A DNA stretch of 64,000 bases, from positions 310,001 through 374,000 of IMG/VR virus record IMGVR_UViG_3300037297_000066. The stretch is one strand, 5' to 3'. The position numbers and the translations under genes were made by a program. A model generated the notes under the pieces. That model ran no database searches. It was not told the origin of the DNA and worked only from the letters and a program-made list of their open reading frames with translations. Positions within the stretch are counted from its first letter, which is position 1. Each line of letters starts with the position of its first letter. Positions 52,720 through 62,171 of this stretch are shown here, piece by piece.

Positions 52720-53445
52720 ATGAGCATTGAAAAGTCAGTGATCAAGATCGGAACCATTCAGGAACTTGGCAACCAGTTCGACGACTTCAAAGAGGAGGCT
52801 TTAGCTGAGCAACATCGGAATGAGGGGGCTCGATCGGCTCTCAAGCAGGCGATGAAGCTATTTCAGCCAATCTTCGATAAGGTAGAGGCGGAAGCCAAGG
52901 AGGGAGCGTTTGACGAGGTTGAGGGGGCTATAGCAATCTGTGAGGTGGTCAAGCGATCCCTTAAGCGAGTCTTGGGCGCCCTGGATGGGCTGGCCACACA
53001 AGCCAACGTCAACCGTTTGGTGCAAGAGGGTAAGGTCGCTGGCTACGAGAGGGTCATCAAGGTATCCAAAAAGGCTTTGGATACCGAGATCGCCAAGAAG
53101 ACGGCTCAGGAGAACGGTGAGAATGAGTCAAATCTGACCCCTCTTGGGGAAGAGCCGACGGATCCCAGGATCAAAGGTAGAGCCGGGGGTCAGACAGTTA
53201 GTGAACGTTCTGCTGGAATTCGTCCTGGCCTTTCTATAGCTGCTCAAAGGAAGTCTGAGGATGTTACTGAAACTACTGAGGAAAACACTTCAGTAACCCC
53301 TGATCAAGAAGCTCAGTTGCCCCAGGAGAAGGCTTCTGATATCCCCCCTCCGGTTTCAGCTTCCATTGGTAACGGAAGATCTAGTAAGAAGACATCTTCC
53401 AAGCCCGGCGCAAAGCGCAGAGGAAGACCTAGAAAGGTCACCTAA
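52720..53445 (+). CDS. Coiled-coil protein with a C-terminal AT-hook-like motif
   Basis: Helical N-terminal ~130 aa, disordered tail ending KRRGRPRK. Confidence 0.75.
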   Translation: MSIEKSVIKIGTIQELGNQFDDFKEEALAEQHRNEGARSALKQAMKLFQPIFDKVEAEAKEGAFDEVEGAIAICEVVKRSLKRVLGALDGLATQANVNRLVQEGKVAGYERVIKVSKKALDTEIAKKTAQENGENESNLTPLGEEPTDPRIKGRAGGQTVSERSAGIRPGLSIAAQRKSEDVTETTEENTSVTPDQEAQLPQEKASDIPPPVSASIGNGRSSKKTSSKPGAKRRGRPRKVT

Positions 53446-53750
53446 TGCCACAGACACCAGACAGGTTTCCTGGAGAACGATACGAGGAAGGTATCATTCT
53501 ACAGGACAATACTGCTGGTGATCCGACCGAGAACGGAGGCGTCCGCTACACGAGCGGAGACTTCCGGATGAAGGACTCGGTAGGTGTCTTCAATCCTCGG
53601 GAGGGGGGTCTCCCGGCGGCTAGTCAGGTGGGGGACATGTTGCTTTCTACGGATGGGTCTGAATTCACTGTCCAGCACCCCATCGTGAGTTGTGACGGTT
53701 GGTTAGCCAATTGGCATGGGGAGTTGTTGATCGAGGGGCTTGAACCATGA
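53445..53750 (+). CDS. Small virion/fibre-associated protein
   Basis: 101 aa; overlapping start and stop with both neighbours. Confidence 0.7.
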   Translation: MPQTPDRFPGERYEEGIILQDNTAGDPTENGGVRYTSGDFRMKDSVGVFNPREGGLPAASQVGDMLLSTDGSEFTVQHPIVSCDGWLANWHGELLIEGLEP

Positions 53751-54352
53751 CGTTAGCGGGCCACGCAAGACAGACTCTGACCAAAGGTATTCACACCCCG
53801 ATTACCTGGACTTTCACCAACTCCACGAATCGGACCAACTTCGTCCCAGCCAGCGGGATTCCCGACGGGTCAGTCTTTGCTCTGACGGCCGATGACGTTT
53901 ACAAGTTGGGCCTTCAGACTGACGACAGTAGTGTCTGGATTCTGACCAACCATAGTCCTGTTACATGGGAACAGTTTGGAGGGACGCCTTCCCCTGCTGC
54001 TGACTCTAGGTATGTTTGTGTGAGTGCCAACCGAGGAGCTTACTTTGTCACTGATACCTACCTTCGGTGGAACCAAAACGTTCCGATGAACTTGGCGGGT
54101 TTCGTGCTACCTTTTGACACGAACTTGTTTGCGATGTCTGCTGTCTGTGAAACGAGCTCTAGCTGGACAGCTGAGGTCCACAAGAACGGGGGAGGTCTGG
54201 TTTCGAGCGCTACTTTGTCGGTGAGCACGGCAAGGACAGCGTATCGAACGGACCTGGACATTGATTTCAGCGCTGGAGATGAGGTTCAGCTCTACTTGAA
54301 CGGAACCAACATCTTCAATCCAGGGATAAAGGCGTTTTTCAGGCGTAGGTAG
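53747..54352 (+). CDS. Fibre-associated protein
   Basis: 201 aa; C-terminal DIDFSAGDEVQLY beta-sandwich-like segment. Confidence 0.7.
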   Translation: MTLAGHARQTLTKGIHTPITWTFTNSTNRTNFVPASGIPDGSVFALTADDVYKLGLQTDDSSVWILTNHSPVTWEQFGGTPSPAADSRYVCVSANRGAYFVTDTYLRWNQNVPMNLAGFVLPFDTNLFAMSAVCETSSSWTAEVHKNGGGLVSSATLSVSTARTAYRTDLDIDFSAGDEVQLYLNGTNIFNPGIKAFFRRR

Positions 54353-54354
54353 AC

Positions 54355-56697
54355 ATGGCCCGACAATTTCTAGTCACCACTACTGGAACCCAGAATCCTG
54401 TTGTCATTGCTGACTTGGGCTCACGGTCTATCTCGCACCCTACGACGGATCTGGATCTGGCTCTGGAGTACAGTGCCGAGGAGATCGTAGCTTCGGCAGA
54501 CCTTCAGTCAGCCATCACTTCTGGCTACATTACGGCCGAAGACGAAAACTCCAACAGCATTACCAACATCGCCACCCAGGCTGGAGGCGTCACTAGCTTC
54601 AACTCTCGGGCGGGAGCGGTTGAGCCCACCTCAGGAGACTATGCCGTTTCGGATCTGGGATCGGGCACGTTGAGTCAGCTCAACTCGGTTATCAGTGATG
54701 CCACCCTAGATGATTCCAGCGATCCTCGGGACCCTACCAGCCATGCTTTGGGTGGAGCAGCTCACAGCACTTCTACGCTGTCCCAACTGAACGCCAAAAT
54801 CTCGGACGCTACTCTAGATGATTCTAGTGCTGCTAGGACTCCCACAGCTCACGCTTCCTCTCATTCTGATGGGGGTTCGGATGAAATCTCGGTAGAGGAT
54901 CTTGCAACGACTGCTTCTGACACTAGTCAAGTTCTTCGTCCTGATGGTGCAGGGGGCTTGGCTTTCGGAGCGGATGCTGGGGGACAAGAAATCTACGACG
55001 CTATTGTGGCTGCAAGTGGAGGGGATTACACGTCAGTAGCCGCAGCGTTCGCAGCTGGTAAGAAGTCGGTTTACGTACGCAAAGGGACCTACGTAGAAAC
55101 AGCTGACGTGGTTCTGACGGATGGTTGCAGACTCCATGGTGAAGTGGGGGCGATCATCTATCTAAACGGCAGCTATTCTGTCAAAGTGGACGGGTCTGGG
55201 GGAACCCAGGAAACTACTGGGACCATTGCGGTCACAAACGGCAGCACACAGGTCACAGGTACCAGCACTACCTTTACCAACTTGTCGGCGGGAGACTACA
55301 TCCTCATCGACACCACCTTCTACGAGATCGACTCAATCACCAGTGACACGGTGTTGGATCTGACGCTCATGTGGGAAGGGGCTACAGAGTCGGGTCTGAG
55401 CTACATCGCTCAGACGATGGTCAATGTTGCTGCCTTTCAGAGCATCATCATCACTGGCTCATCTTCTGTGGGACTCTACATTCGAGGGGGCTTGGCTGTC
55501 TCTCTCAACAACGTAGTGATCACGGGTTGTGCCAACAACGTACAGATCATCGATTCTGGATCCATCAGCATGTTGACTGTTCTGTCGAGAGACAGTGCAG
55601 GAGTGGGTCTCTCTTTTGATGGGGTTTATGGCAGCGGAATGGTCAACGTTGCTTCCTACAACAACAACGGGGCTGGTTTCTACTTCACAGGCTGTAGCGG
55701 CTTCTTTGTGGCTAGCTGCAACGCTTCTGGGAATGATGGGAATGGGTTCGATGTAACGGGTTCTTCAACCAAGGTTACTCTGACCACTTGTGGCTCTTCT
55801 CAGAACAATGGGAAAGGCTTCAACGTAGACTCAGGGGTAGAGCTCTGCACTATCAACGCTTGTCTGTGTCGGGGAAACGGCTCTGAAGGTATCGACATTG
55901 ACGGCTCTGAAAATGTGGTGGTCAACTGTGCCATTCGGGACAACGGGGCAAATGGCATTCAGTGTGGGATCAGTGGCCTGATTGCTAGCAACCAGATCTC
56001 GAATAACACCAGCAATGGGATCATGATCGGCTATGATGCCGATGTACTTGTAGACGGGAACATTATCTACGACAACGGGAACTACGGCATTAACACTGAG
56101 GGTACAGGTAACACCAACTGTATCGTTTCGAACAACCGAATCTATGACAACACCGGCAACATCGGGATTCGGATAGCCTCTGGGAGCACTGGCTGGGTGT
56201 TGAGCGGGAACCTGGTCACCGGACACACCACGAACATCTCGAATCTGGAGAGCACTACCAAGATCTCTGTGGATGCTACTGGGACTCCGGCGGCAGGTAA
56301 CTTGGTCAGGCACAACGGGACCAACCCTGCTTGGACTAGTGCACTAACGGGGCTGACTACAGCCTCCTTCACGGAATACCAGATCAATGGGGGCACGGCC
56401 GTTACGGGGAACTTTGCTCCGAACTTCACCACCAATGGGCAGAAGCAAATGGTGGTCCTGGGGGCATCCGTAAGTATCACGTCCCTGACTTTCCCAGGGG
56501 CAGGAAACTACATTCTTAGAATCGTTCAAGACGGGACTGGGAGTAGGGTATTGACCTGGCCGGCAGCGGTACAAGCACCAGGGGGAAAGACTTCAGGATT
56601 GGTGCTGAGTACGGGGGCTGGGGCAGTAGATGTTGCTGCGATCTATTACGACGGATCGACAGCACGGGTAGTTCTGTCAAAGAACTTCGCTACATGA
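54355..56697 (+). CDS. Tailspike/fibre with a right-handed parallel beta-helix (pectin-lyase/NosD-like), putative depolymerase
   Basis: Many xxNNxIxxNxxxGI repeats (aa ~400-640), YVRKGTYVE cap, N-terminal 36-aa duplication TLSQLN..ISDATLDDSS. Confidence 0.8.
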   Translation: MARQFLVTTTGTQNPVVIADLGSRSISHPTTDLDLALEYSAEEIVASADLQSAITSGYITAEDENSNSITNIATQAGGVTSFNSRAGAVEPTSGDYAVSDLGSGTLSQLNSVISDATLDDSSDPRDPTSHALGGAAHSTSTLSQLNAKISDATLDDSSAARTPTAHASSHSDGGSDEISVEDLATTASDTSQVLRPDGAGGLAFGADAGGQEIYDAIVAASGGDYTSVAAAFAAGKKSVYVRKGTYVETADVVLTDGCRLHGEVGAIIYLNGSYSVKVDGSGGTQETTGTIAVTNGSTQVTGTSTTFTNLSAGDYILIDTTFYEIDSITSDTVLDLTLMWEGATESGLSYIAQTMVNVAAFQSIIITGSSSVGLYIRGGLAVSLNNVVITGCANNVQIIDSGSISMLTVLSRDSAGVGLSFDGVYGSGMVNVASYNNNGAGFYFTGCSGFFVASCNASGNDGNGFDVTGSSTKVTLTTCGSSQNNGKGFNVDSGVELCTINACLCRGNGSEGIDIDGSENVVVNCAIRDNGANGIQCGISGLIASNQISNNTSNGIMIGYDADVLVDGNIIYDNGNYGINTEGTGNTNCIVSNNRIYDNTGNIGIRIASGSTGWVLSGNLVTGHTTNISNLESTTKISVDATGTPAAGNLVRHNGTNPAWTSALTGLTTASFTEYQINGGTAVTGNFAPNFTTNGQKQMVVLGASVSITSLTFPGAGNYILRIVQDGTGSRVLTWPAAVQAPGGKTSGLVLSTGAGAVDVAAIYYDGSTARVVLSKNFAT

Positions 56698-56710
56698 AAG
56701 GTACCAGTAA

Positions 56711-57310
56711 ATGGGAACAACTACATCCACACAAACCTACCTGTTGAGTGAATTCCCCAACACCAAGTGCAACGTCCAGATCTTGGAAGCCGAGATCGTG
56801 GCGGCCAGCTTGACCGTGAATCTGGTCAGTACTCCTCAACTGACAGGTTCTTCGGTAGTCTGCACTTTCGAAGACCTTTTGACTTCGGGAGATGTCACCT
56901 CTCTTGATGCCGTTGTGGCGGCTCACCAGGGGGACGACTTCGGTTCGACCCTTATCAAAGCCAACTCAACCGGTCAAAGTGAAAACAGCACTACCGATTG
57001 GGTAAGCAAACTGTCGTTGACGGCGGATCCTTTGCCCTCGGGGGTCTATTTGGTTTCGTGGGCGATCGAACATGAGATGGCAGCCATCGTTTCTGGAACA
57101 GGTTCTCAGGTTCGATTGACCTGGAATGGATCCTCTGTCTATGTGGACACTTGGGATCTGAACCAGCCTCACAACTTCGGTGGTGCTATCCCGATGGATC
57201 TCGACGCAGGAGCGGAGCCCGTGGTGGCTTTGGAGTTCAAGAAGATCGGAGCTTCGGCTGCGACGGCGTACTGTCGTCAAGCCCGTCTCTCCATTGCCAA
57301 GATCGGCTAG
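56711..57310 (+). CDS. Fibre-associated protein
   Basis: 199 aa; LDAVVAAHQG helix followed by a beta-sandwich. Confidence 0.7.
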   Translation: MGTTTSTQTYLLSEFPNTKCNVQILEAEIVAASLTVNLVSTPQLTGSSVVCTFEDLLTSGDVTSLDAVVAAHQGDDFGSTLIKANSTGQSENSTTDWVSKLSLTADPLPSGVYLVSWAIEHEMAAIVSGTGSQVRLTWNGSSVYVDTWDLNQPHNFGGAIPMDLDAGAEPVVALEFKKIGASAATAYCRQARLSIAKIG

Positions 57311-57322
57311 TCATAGCCTTCG

Positions 57323-58663
57323 ATGTCCATCATCTTTGATAACGCAACCTCAGCAGACAACGGCAGTGGTTCGTACACCTATACCCATACTCTGGGGATG
57401 GGTTCGGGATCCAACCGTCTGCTGGTGGTGGTGATCTGTCCGAGAGGGCCATCGAACACGGTTACCGGAGCAACCTACAACGGGGCCTCGATGACTCGGG
57501 GCCCCGAAACTTACGTGGACCAGTACGGTTATCGTCTTCGAGCTACGATGTTCTACATGCTGGACGCTCAACTACCGTCCAGTGCGGGATCGTACAGCAT
57601 AGCTTTCACAGTTGGGGGAACTGTCTGGGAATGGATCTCTGGGGCGGTGAGCATTTCGGGTGCTTACCAAGGGGCGCCTGAGTCTACGGTTTACGGGACT
57701 CAGCTGAGTGGTTCCACGATGTCTGTATCCCTGCCGTCTGTTAGCGATCAGTCGTGGTGTTTCGACGGGCTCCTAGAAGACCTGGCCTATGGCAGCGGAA
57801 CTCCTGATTCAGGGCAGATCGAGCGTTGGGATCGTAATCGAGCTAGTTGTTGTGGTATGGGATCCACCCATGGGAAGAGTGGGTCTGGTTCTCGGACTAT
57901 GGGGTGGACCTTTAGTGGGTCAGGAAACAGTTGTGCTCAGGTAGCGGCGGCTTGGGCTAAAGCCGGATCTGGTAGCCCGGCCGTGGTGGATTCCTCGCAA
58001 GGCAACCAGTCTGGGACCACTTGTACGGTCAGCCATACCTGTTCTGCAGGGTCGAATCGAAAGCTGATTGTCTTTGCTAGCGGGGAAAGAGCGGGGGCTA
58101 CGGACATAACTGGGGTTACCTACAACGGGCAGGCTTTGACCAAGGTCACAGAAATAGATCTTGGAACTACTTACCAGAACTGCCATTCGGCTTGGTACTT
58201 GGATGACACAGACTTTCCAGGGACTCCGGGTGCCTACAACGTGGTGGCTTCTTACAGTGCCAGTGTGTCTAACGGGATTGTCCACATTGTCGAGCTCAAC
58301 AATGCTGCTCAAGGGGATCCTGAGGCTTACAACACCAGTACGGCCTCAAGTACGACTACAATTTCTACCAGTGTTACCACTCAACATGACAACTCTTTGA
58401 TCGTGGGGGGAGTGTCGAGTGGGGACGGTGGAAGGACTTTTTCTCCAACTACAGGACAGACCGAGCTGGAGGAAACGGATGTCGGGGGTGCCTTTAATGC
58501 CGCTGTAACAGGGGCCGAGGCCATAGCTACGGCTGGATCTGAGTCTATGGCATGGTTGGCGTCTGCCAGCTGCAACCGGTTATTGCAAATTCTTCTTTCT
58601 ATTGGAGATGCCGGGACCGAGACAGGGGTGGAGAACTCTCCCTACTACGGGGCCAACTTTTAG
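57323..58663 (+). CDS. Virion protein with two tandem ~210-aa beta domains (putative adhesin/lectin-like)
   Basis: SNRLLVVVI...VTGATYNGASMT vs SNRKLIVFA...ITGVTYNGQALT; G/S/T-rich. Confidence 0.75.
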   Translation: MSIIFDNATSADNGSGSYTYTHTLGMGSGSNRLLVVVICPRGPSNTVTGATYNGASMTRGPETYVDQYGYRLRATMFYMLDAQLPSSAGSYSIAFTVGGTVWEWISGAVSISGAYQGAPESTVYGTQLSGSTMSVSLPSVSDQSWCFDGLLEDLAYGSGTPDSGQIERWDRNRASCCGMGSTHGKSGSGSRTMGWTFSGSGNSCAQVAAAWAKAGSGSPAVVDSSQGNQSGTTCTVSHTCSAGSNRKLIVFASGERAGATDITGVTYNGQALTKVTEIDLGTTYQNCHSAWYLDDTDFPGTPGAYNVVASYSASVSNGIVHIVELNNAAQGDPEAYNTSTASSTTTISTSVTTQHDNSLIVGGVSSGDGGRTFSPTTGQTELEETDVGGAFNAAVTGAEAIATAGSESMAWLASASCNRLLQILLSIGDAGTETGVENSPYYGANF

Positions 58664-58685
58664 GATTTCCTAGGTTGTTTTTGGG

Positions 58686-58710
58686 AAAGCCTCTCTCAGA
58701 AGGGCTTTTT
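58686..58710 (+). terminator. Intrinsic terminator
   Basis: AAAGCC...GGCTTT hairpin with a TTTTT tail. Confidence 0.6.
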
Positions 58711-58734
58711 GGGTTCGAGTGGAGGGGGCGCTGA

Positions 58735-58747
58735 GGTTTCTTTTATG
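58735..58747 (+). promoter_or_regulatory. Putative late-promoter motif GGTTTCTTTTATG
   Basis: Matches 25161-25174; lies just after a terminator. Confidence 0.5.
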
Positions 58748-58820
58748 GCCTGTCAGGGTCGTATAGGTAGTTTTCCGCCAGCCAGACAGCGGAAGTCCCC
58801 AGAATCAGGAGTTCAGGCTG

Positions 58821-59426
58821 ATGCTCAGGCTTATCCACAGTCAGACCGTTCAAGGCGCCCTTCTCGTTGACGATATCGATGACGGGCTTCCCAACAAGCA
58901 AGTTCACCGGCTTGGCACTTCGGCGGACCCTAACGCCTACCCTCGGGATGGCTACGCTAACGCTCCCAAGCAGTCTTGCTACATCCCTCGGGTCAAGCCA
59001 ACGGATGCCACTTTGCCCGGCTACATCGACCTCGACCAGACCCCTCGGGTGGTTTTGTCGGCGGACCGAGGCAAGATCTACGGCCTCCAGCAGGCAGGTC
59101 TCATTACGGTGGTTTCTTTCGTGGCCAGTGACTTAACGGCTCCGGCCGTGACAGGGGCTACCATTGGAGCTCCGGCGGCAGGAGACGTGACCATCGCTGG
59201 GACCAACTTCCTGAGTGTGACTCCGAACATCAGTACGGTTCACCTTTCGGGAGCTGGGGTGGGCGATGTCACTTTGACCCAGGCCCAGATCGTGGCGGTT
59301 TCTCCTGGTGCCATCACCGATACCCAGATCATCATCGATTCAACCCTCATTGCAAGCTTGGCACTCGGAGATGTCATCGTGGTGCACTCCGACGACCAGG
59401 ACAGCAACAGCTACACCATCGTCTAA
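58821..59426 (+). CDS. Virion protein with a C-terminal Ig/IPT-like domain
   Basis: AGDVTIAGTNF segment shared with 59819-60940; AGGAG RBS. Confidence 0.75.
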   Translation: MLRLIHSQTVQGALLVDDIDDGLPNKQVHRLGTSADPNAYPRDGYANAPKQSCYIPRVKPTDATLPGYIDLDQTPRVVLSADRGKIYGLQQAGLITVVSFVASDLTAPAVTGATIGAPAAGDVTIAGTNFLSVTPNISTVHLSGAGVGDVTLTQAQIVAVSPGAITDTQIIIDSTLIASLALGDVIVVHSDDQDSNSYTIV

Positions 59427-59434
59427 TCCGTGAC

Positions 59435-59809
59435 GTGCCTCAACTCCTCCGCAAAATCCTTGAGCAAGAAGGACGAGACTTCTACCGGATTGATCACCGG
59501 TGGCAGCCTCGGAGTCTTCTGCCCGAGCCTTATACTCGGAACATGCTCAAGGAAGCCCAAGAGAGATACGACCGTCTCTCCAAGGCTGAGGCAGAGTTTA
59601 AGGGGCTGTTGCGAGCAGACCGTTACATCAAGATTCTTCGGCGAATGCAGATCACCCTTCGGAAAGCTGCCTTCGCTTGGAGAGCTGACGACCTCAAATT
59701 TATCGCAGCCGTTTCGGAGTTCTTCATGGACTACGGGACCGTTCTCCAGATGCTCAAGATTGACGAAGCTCGGGGACGGTTGGACGAGCCAGAACCAGAG
59801 CAAGAGTAG
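59435..59809 (+). CDS. Hypothetical helical protein
   Basis: 124 aa; chosen over the overlapping 59430 frame on composition; start uncertain. Confidence 0.6.
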   Translation: MPQLLRKILEQEGRDFYRIDHRWQPRSLLPEPYTRNMLKEAQERYDRLSKAEAEFKGLLRADRYIKILRRMQITLRKAAFAWRADDLKFIAAVSEFFMDYGTVLQMLKIDEARGRLDEPEPEQE

Positions 59810-59818
59810 GAGCTGATC

Positions 59819-60940
59819 ATGCGTGTTGGAGTCATTCGTGGCGACCTAGGTGGACCCATCTTCTTGGCAGACGTGGAGCCGGTTTCTCGTAGGAACGTTC
59901 CCGTCGATCCTCCTGGTCAGGAGCGCTACATCGGGCGACCTACGGTAGCCGAGGTGGAAGCTGTCCTGGCCGACTCGACAGTCGGGGCTGGTGCTGTTCT
60001 GGAGGGAAGCGACATCGCAGGATCTTTCCCCCTGACCATCACTTTGGGTGTCGATGATGACCTCATGTTGAAGACCTCTTCTTCAGCATCTTTCTCTACC
60101 TACACGATTGCGGCTGGTGCCTACACCACTCTGCCGCTCTTGCTGGCGGCCATCAACACGGCCCTTGCCGGTTCGGGTATCACAGCCAGGGCTGGCACCG
60201 GGTCCGGATCGAGAGTGGCTCTGGAGTCGGACACGAAGGGTGTGGACAGCTACATCGAGAACGACACAGTGGCCCATGGCTCGACGGCCAACACTGGGTT
60301 GGGGTTGGCTGATGGAGCGGTTCGGGACATGCCCACGGCTGCTACCTTCATCACCGATTGCTTGCCCGTAGGCGGCCCTCTGGACGTCTCTTCGACCACG
60401 GTCAATGCCGTGGGGGCTACGACCAATGCCAATGCCCTGGGCCTGATTCCGTCGGCTAGGGGCACGGTCACGGCTCTGGCAGATGCCCTGGCTCCTCGGT
60501 TGGCTGACACAGCAGCTGCCATCGACAGCTTCCTGGTGGGCTATCTGAGTGAGTACCGGAATGCCAGTTTCAATCCTGATCCTCGTCGAGTCCCGGCCCT
60601 TTCCAGTGGGGCGGCTGTGGAGGTAGTGGCTGATGACGGTTCGACTCCGTACGCAGGCACTCTCCCGACCATCACCACTTCTACTCTGGGCAGTCCCACA
60701 GCGGGAGACGTGACGATCGCTGGAACAGGTCTGGGAGGAGAGGCCCCCGAGACCAAGGTGAAGTTCACTGGGGATGTCGTGAAGCTACTGGACCAACGGC
60801 TCATCGAGGCCAATGGTGGCTCAGTTTCGAGCACGGCCATCGTCATTCCGGCGGCCCTCATTCCAGGTGCGGCGACCACGACGACTTCGGTGCAAGTCCA
60901 GGTTCGTCAGCGTCTCTCAGCTGTTGATGCACTCGTCTAG
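59819..60940 (+). CDS. Virion protein, Ala/Thr/Gly-rich, with a C-terminal Ig/IPT-like domain
   Basis: LLAAINTALAGSGITA segment; PTAGDVTIAGTGL paralogous to 58821-59426. Confidence 0.75.
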   Translation: MRVGVIRGDLGGPIFLADVEPVSRRNVPVDPPGQERYIGRPTVAEVEAVLADSTVGAGAVLEGSDIAGSFPLTITLGVDDDLMLKTSSSASFSTYTIAAGAYTTLPLLLAAINTALAGSGITARAGTGSGSRVALESDTKGVDSYIENDTVAHGSTANTGLGLADGAVRDMPTAATFITDCLPVGGPLDVSSTTVNAVGATTNANALGLIPSARGTVTALADALAPRLADTAAAIDSFLVGYLSEYRNASFNPDPRRVPALSSGAAVEVVADDGSTPYAGTLPTITTSTLGSPTAGDVTIAGTGLGGEAPETKVKFTGDVVKLLDQRLIEANGGSVSSTAIVIPAALIPGAATTTTSVQVQVRQRLSAVDALV

Positions 60941-60945
60941 ATGAT

Positions 60946-61025
60946 GGGGGCTTTGGCCCCCTGTCCTGACCCAAATCCAAATCCAGATCAAATCAAGCGT
61001 AGTACGACCCTATTTTTTAGGGTCG
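60946..61025 (+). promoter_or_regulatory. Two hairpins flanking CAAATC-type repeats
   Basis: GGGGGC-TTTG-GCCCCC (60946-60961); CGACCCTA-TTTTT-TAGGGTCG (61005-61025). Confidence 0.55.
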
Positions 61026-61039
61026 AGATGGGATGCCAA

Positions 61040-61291
61040 ATGAGCAAGCAAGCTTCTGGCGGGGAGTTCCGTACCCACGATCTGTACTTTGCAGCCTATC
61101 TCCAGGTGGCTGGTGTGCAGATGCTTCGGGCAGACCGTAATGGATCAGGAAAGGTTGCCTTCGTATTCGATACGAGCATTTGCAACCTAGAGGAGCTCCA
61201 GACGGCCTGGTTCAACCAGACCGGCAAGGTGGCGGCTCTTCCGTACTCACACGCCGTCAAGTCTCTGAAATCGATTTGCCACATGACCTGA
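61040..61291 (+). CDS. DUF5659-like small protein
   Basis: FRTHDLYFAAYLQVAG...KVAFVF pattern; start 61028 or 61040. Confidence 0.65.
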   Translation: MSKQASGGEFRTHDLYFAAYLQVAGVQMLRADRNGSGKVAFVFDTSICNLEELQTAWFNQTGKVAALPYSHAVKSLKSICHMT

Positions 61292-61371
61292 GGAGGTCCG
61301 GCAAGGTTTCGGAGGGAGCAAGCCCAGAACGGGCTAACTTTGCTCTTGTTGCCTCTTCTTAGTGAGGAAGC

Positions 61372-61779
61372 ATGGCGACGACACGAGGAAGAGTCGTATA
61401 CACGAACCAGGTCGTAATCGATCAGGCAGACTTCTTTGAACCTGATGGGTTCACACGGGTCACCGGGTTGGTCATCGGAGACCTGACTTCAGAGCTGTTC
61501 TTCAATAACGTGTTGCAGCCTTGGTCTTTGACTGATGGTTCTGCAACTCAAGATGCCCAGGTAGTTTCTGGGGCAGTTCTCTGGAACGAAGTTTCAGGTA
61601 GCCCGGGTTTCTACAACGTTCGTTTTCGTCCGAACGCTGAGGGCTATTGGAGACTGCTGATCAACTACCCGGCAGGGACTCAGATCATGGGCCAGGACTA
61701 TGATGTGAAGACTCAGCCACCTTTCGCCGCACCTGGACTTCGGGCTTCTTTCGTTGGTTCTTCTGACGGGCCGTGTTGA
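61372..61779 (+). CDS. Hypothetical virion protein (beta-sandwich)
   Basis: 135 aa; GAGGAAG RBS. Confidence 0.7.
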   Translation: MATTRGRVVYTNQVVIDQADFFEPDGFTRVTGLVIGDLTSELFFNNVLQPWSLTDGSATQDAQVVSGAVLWNEVSGSPGFYNVRFRPNAEGYWRLLINYPAGTQIMGQDYDVKTQPPFAAPGLRASFVGSSDGPC

Positions 61780-61786
61780 GGTAGCG

Positions 61787-62170
61787 GTGCCCAAGACCAC
61801 CTACTTGAGGAACGCCCAACTCAACCAAGCGTTGAGAGGGACTGCGTGGACACCTCCTGCATTGGTCTACTGTGCCTTGTTCAACGTGGCTCCTACAGCA
61901 GCCGGGGGAGGCACCGAGGTTTCGGTAGGAGGCTACGTTCGGCAGTCTGTGACTTTCGGAGCTCCTTCCAATGGTCGAGTCTACAACAGTACGGATGTTG
62001 TGTTTCCTGTAGCTACGGCAGATCAAGGAGACGTTGTTGCCTACGGGATCATGGATGCTCTGACAGCCGGCAACCTACTTTACTGGGCTAACTTGAACGT
62101 TGCCTACCCTGTCCAAACCGACAACCAGTGGAAGTTCCCTGTAGGGACTCTTTTGGTGATCGAGGATTGA
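61787..62170 (+). CDS. Phage tail-fibre-associated protein
   Basis: TYLRNAQLN, VYCALF...GGGTEVS.GGYVRQSVTF, FPVAT, GNLLYW; GTG 61787 after GAGG. Confidence 0.75.
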   Translation: MPKTTYLRNAQLNQALRGTAWTPPALVYCALFNVAPTAAGGGTEVSVGGYVRQSVTFGAPSNGRVYNSTDVVFPVATADQGDVVAYGIMDALTAGNLLYWANLNVAYPVQTDNQWKFPVGTLLVIED

Positions 62171-62171
62171 T

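Noticed and set aside
59430-59816. Alternative-frame 128-aa ORF
   Set aside because: It has an S/T/R-rich composition typical of an off-frame translation; the 59435 frame looks protein-like
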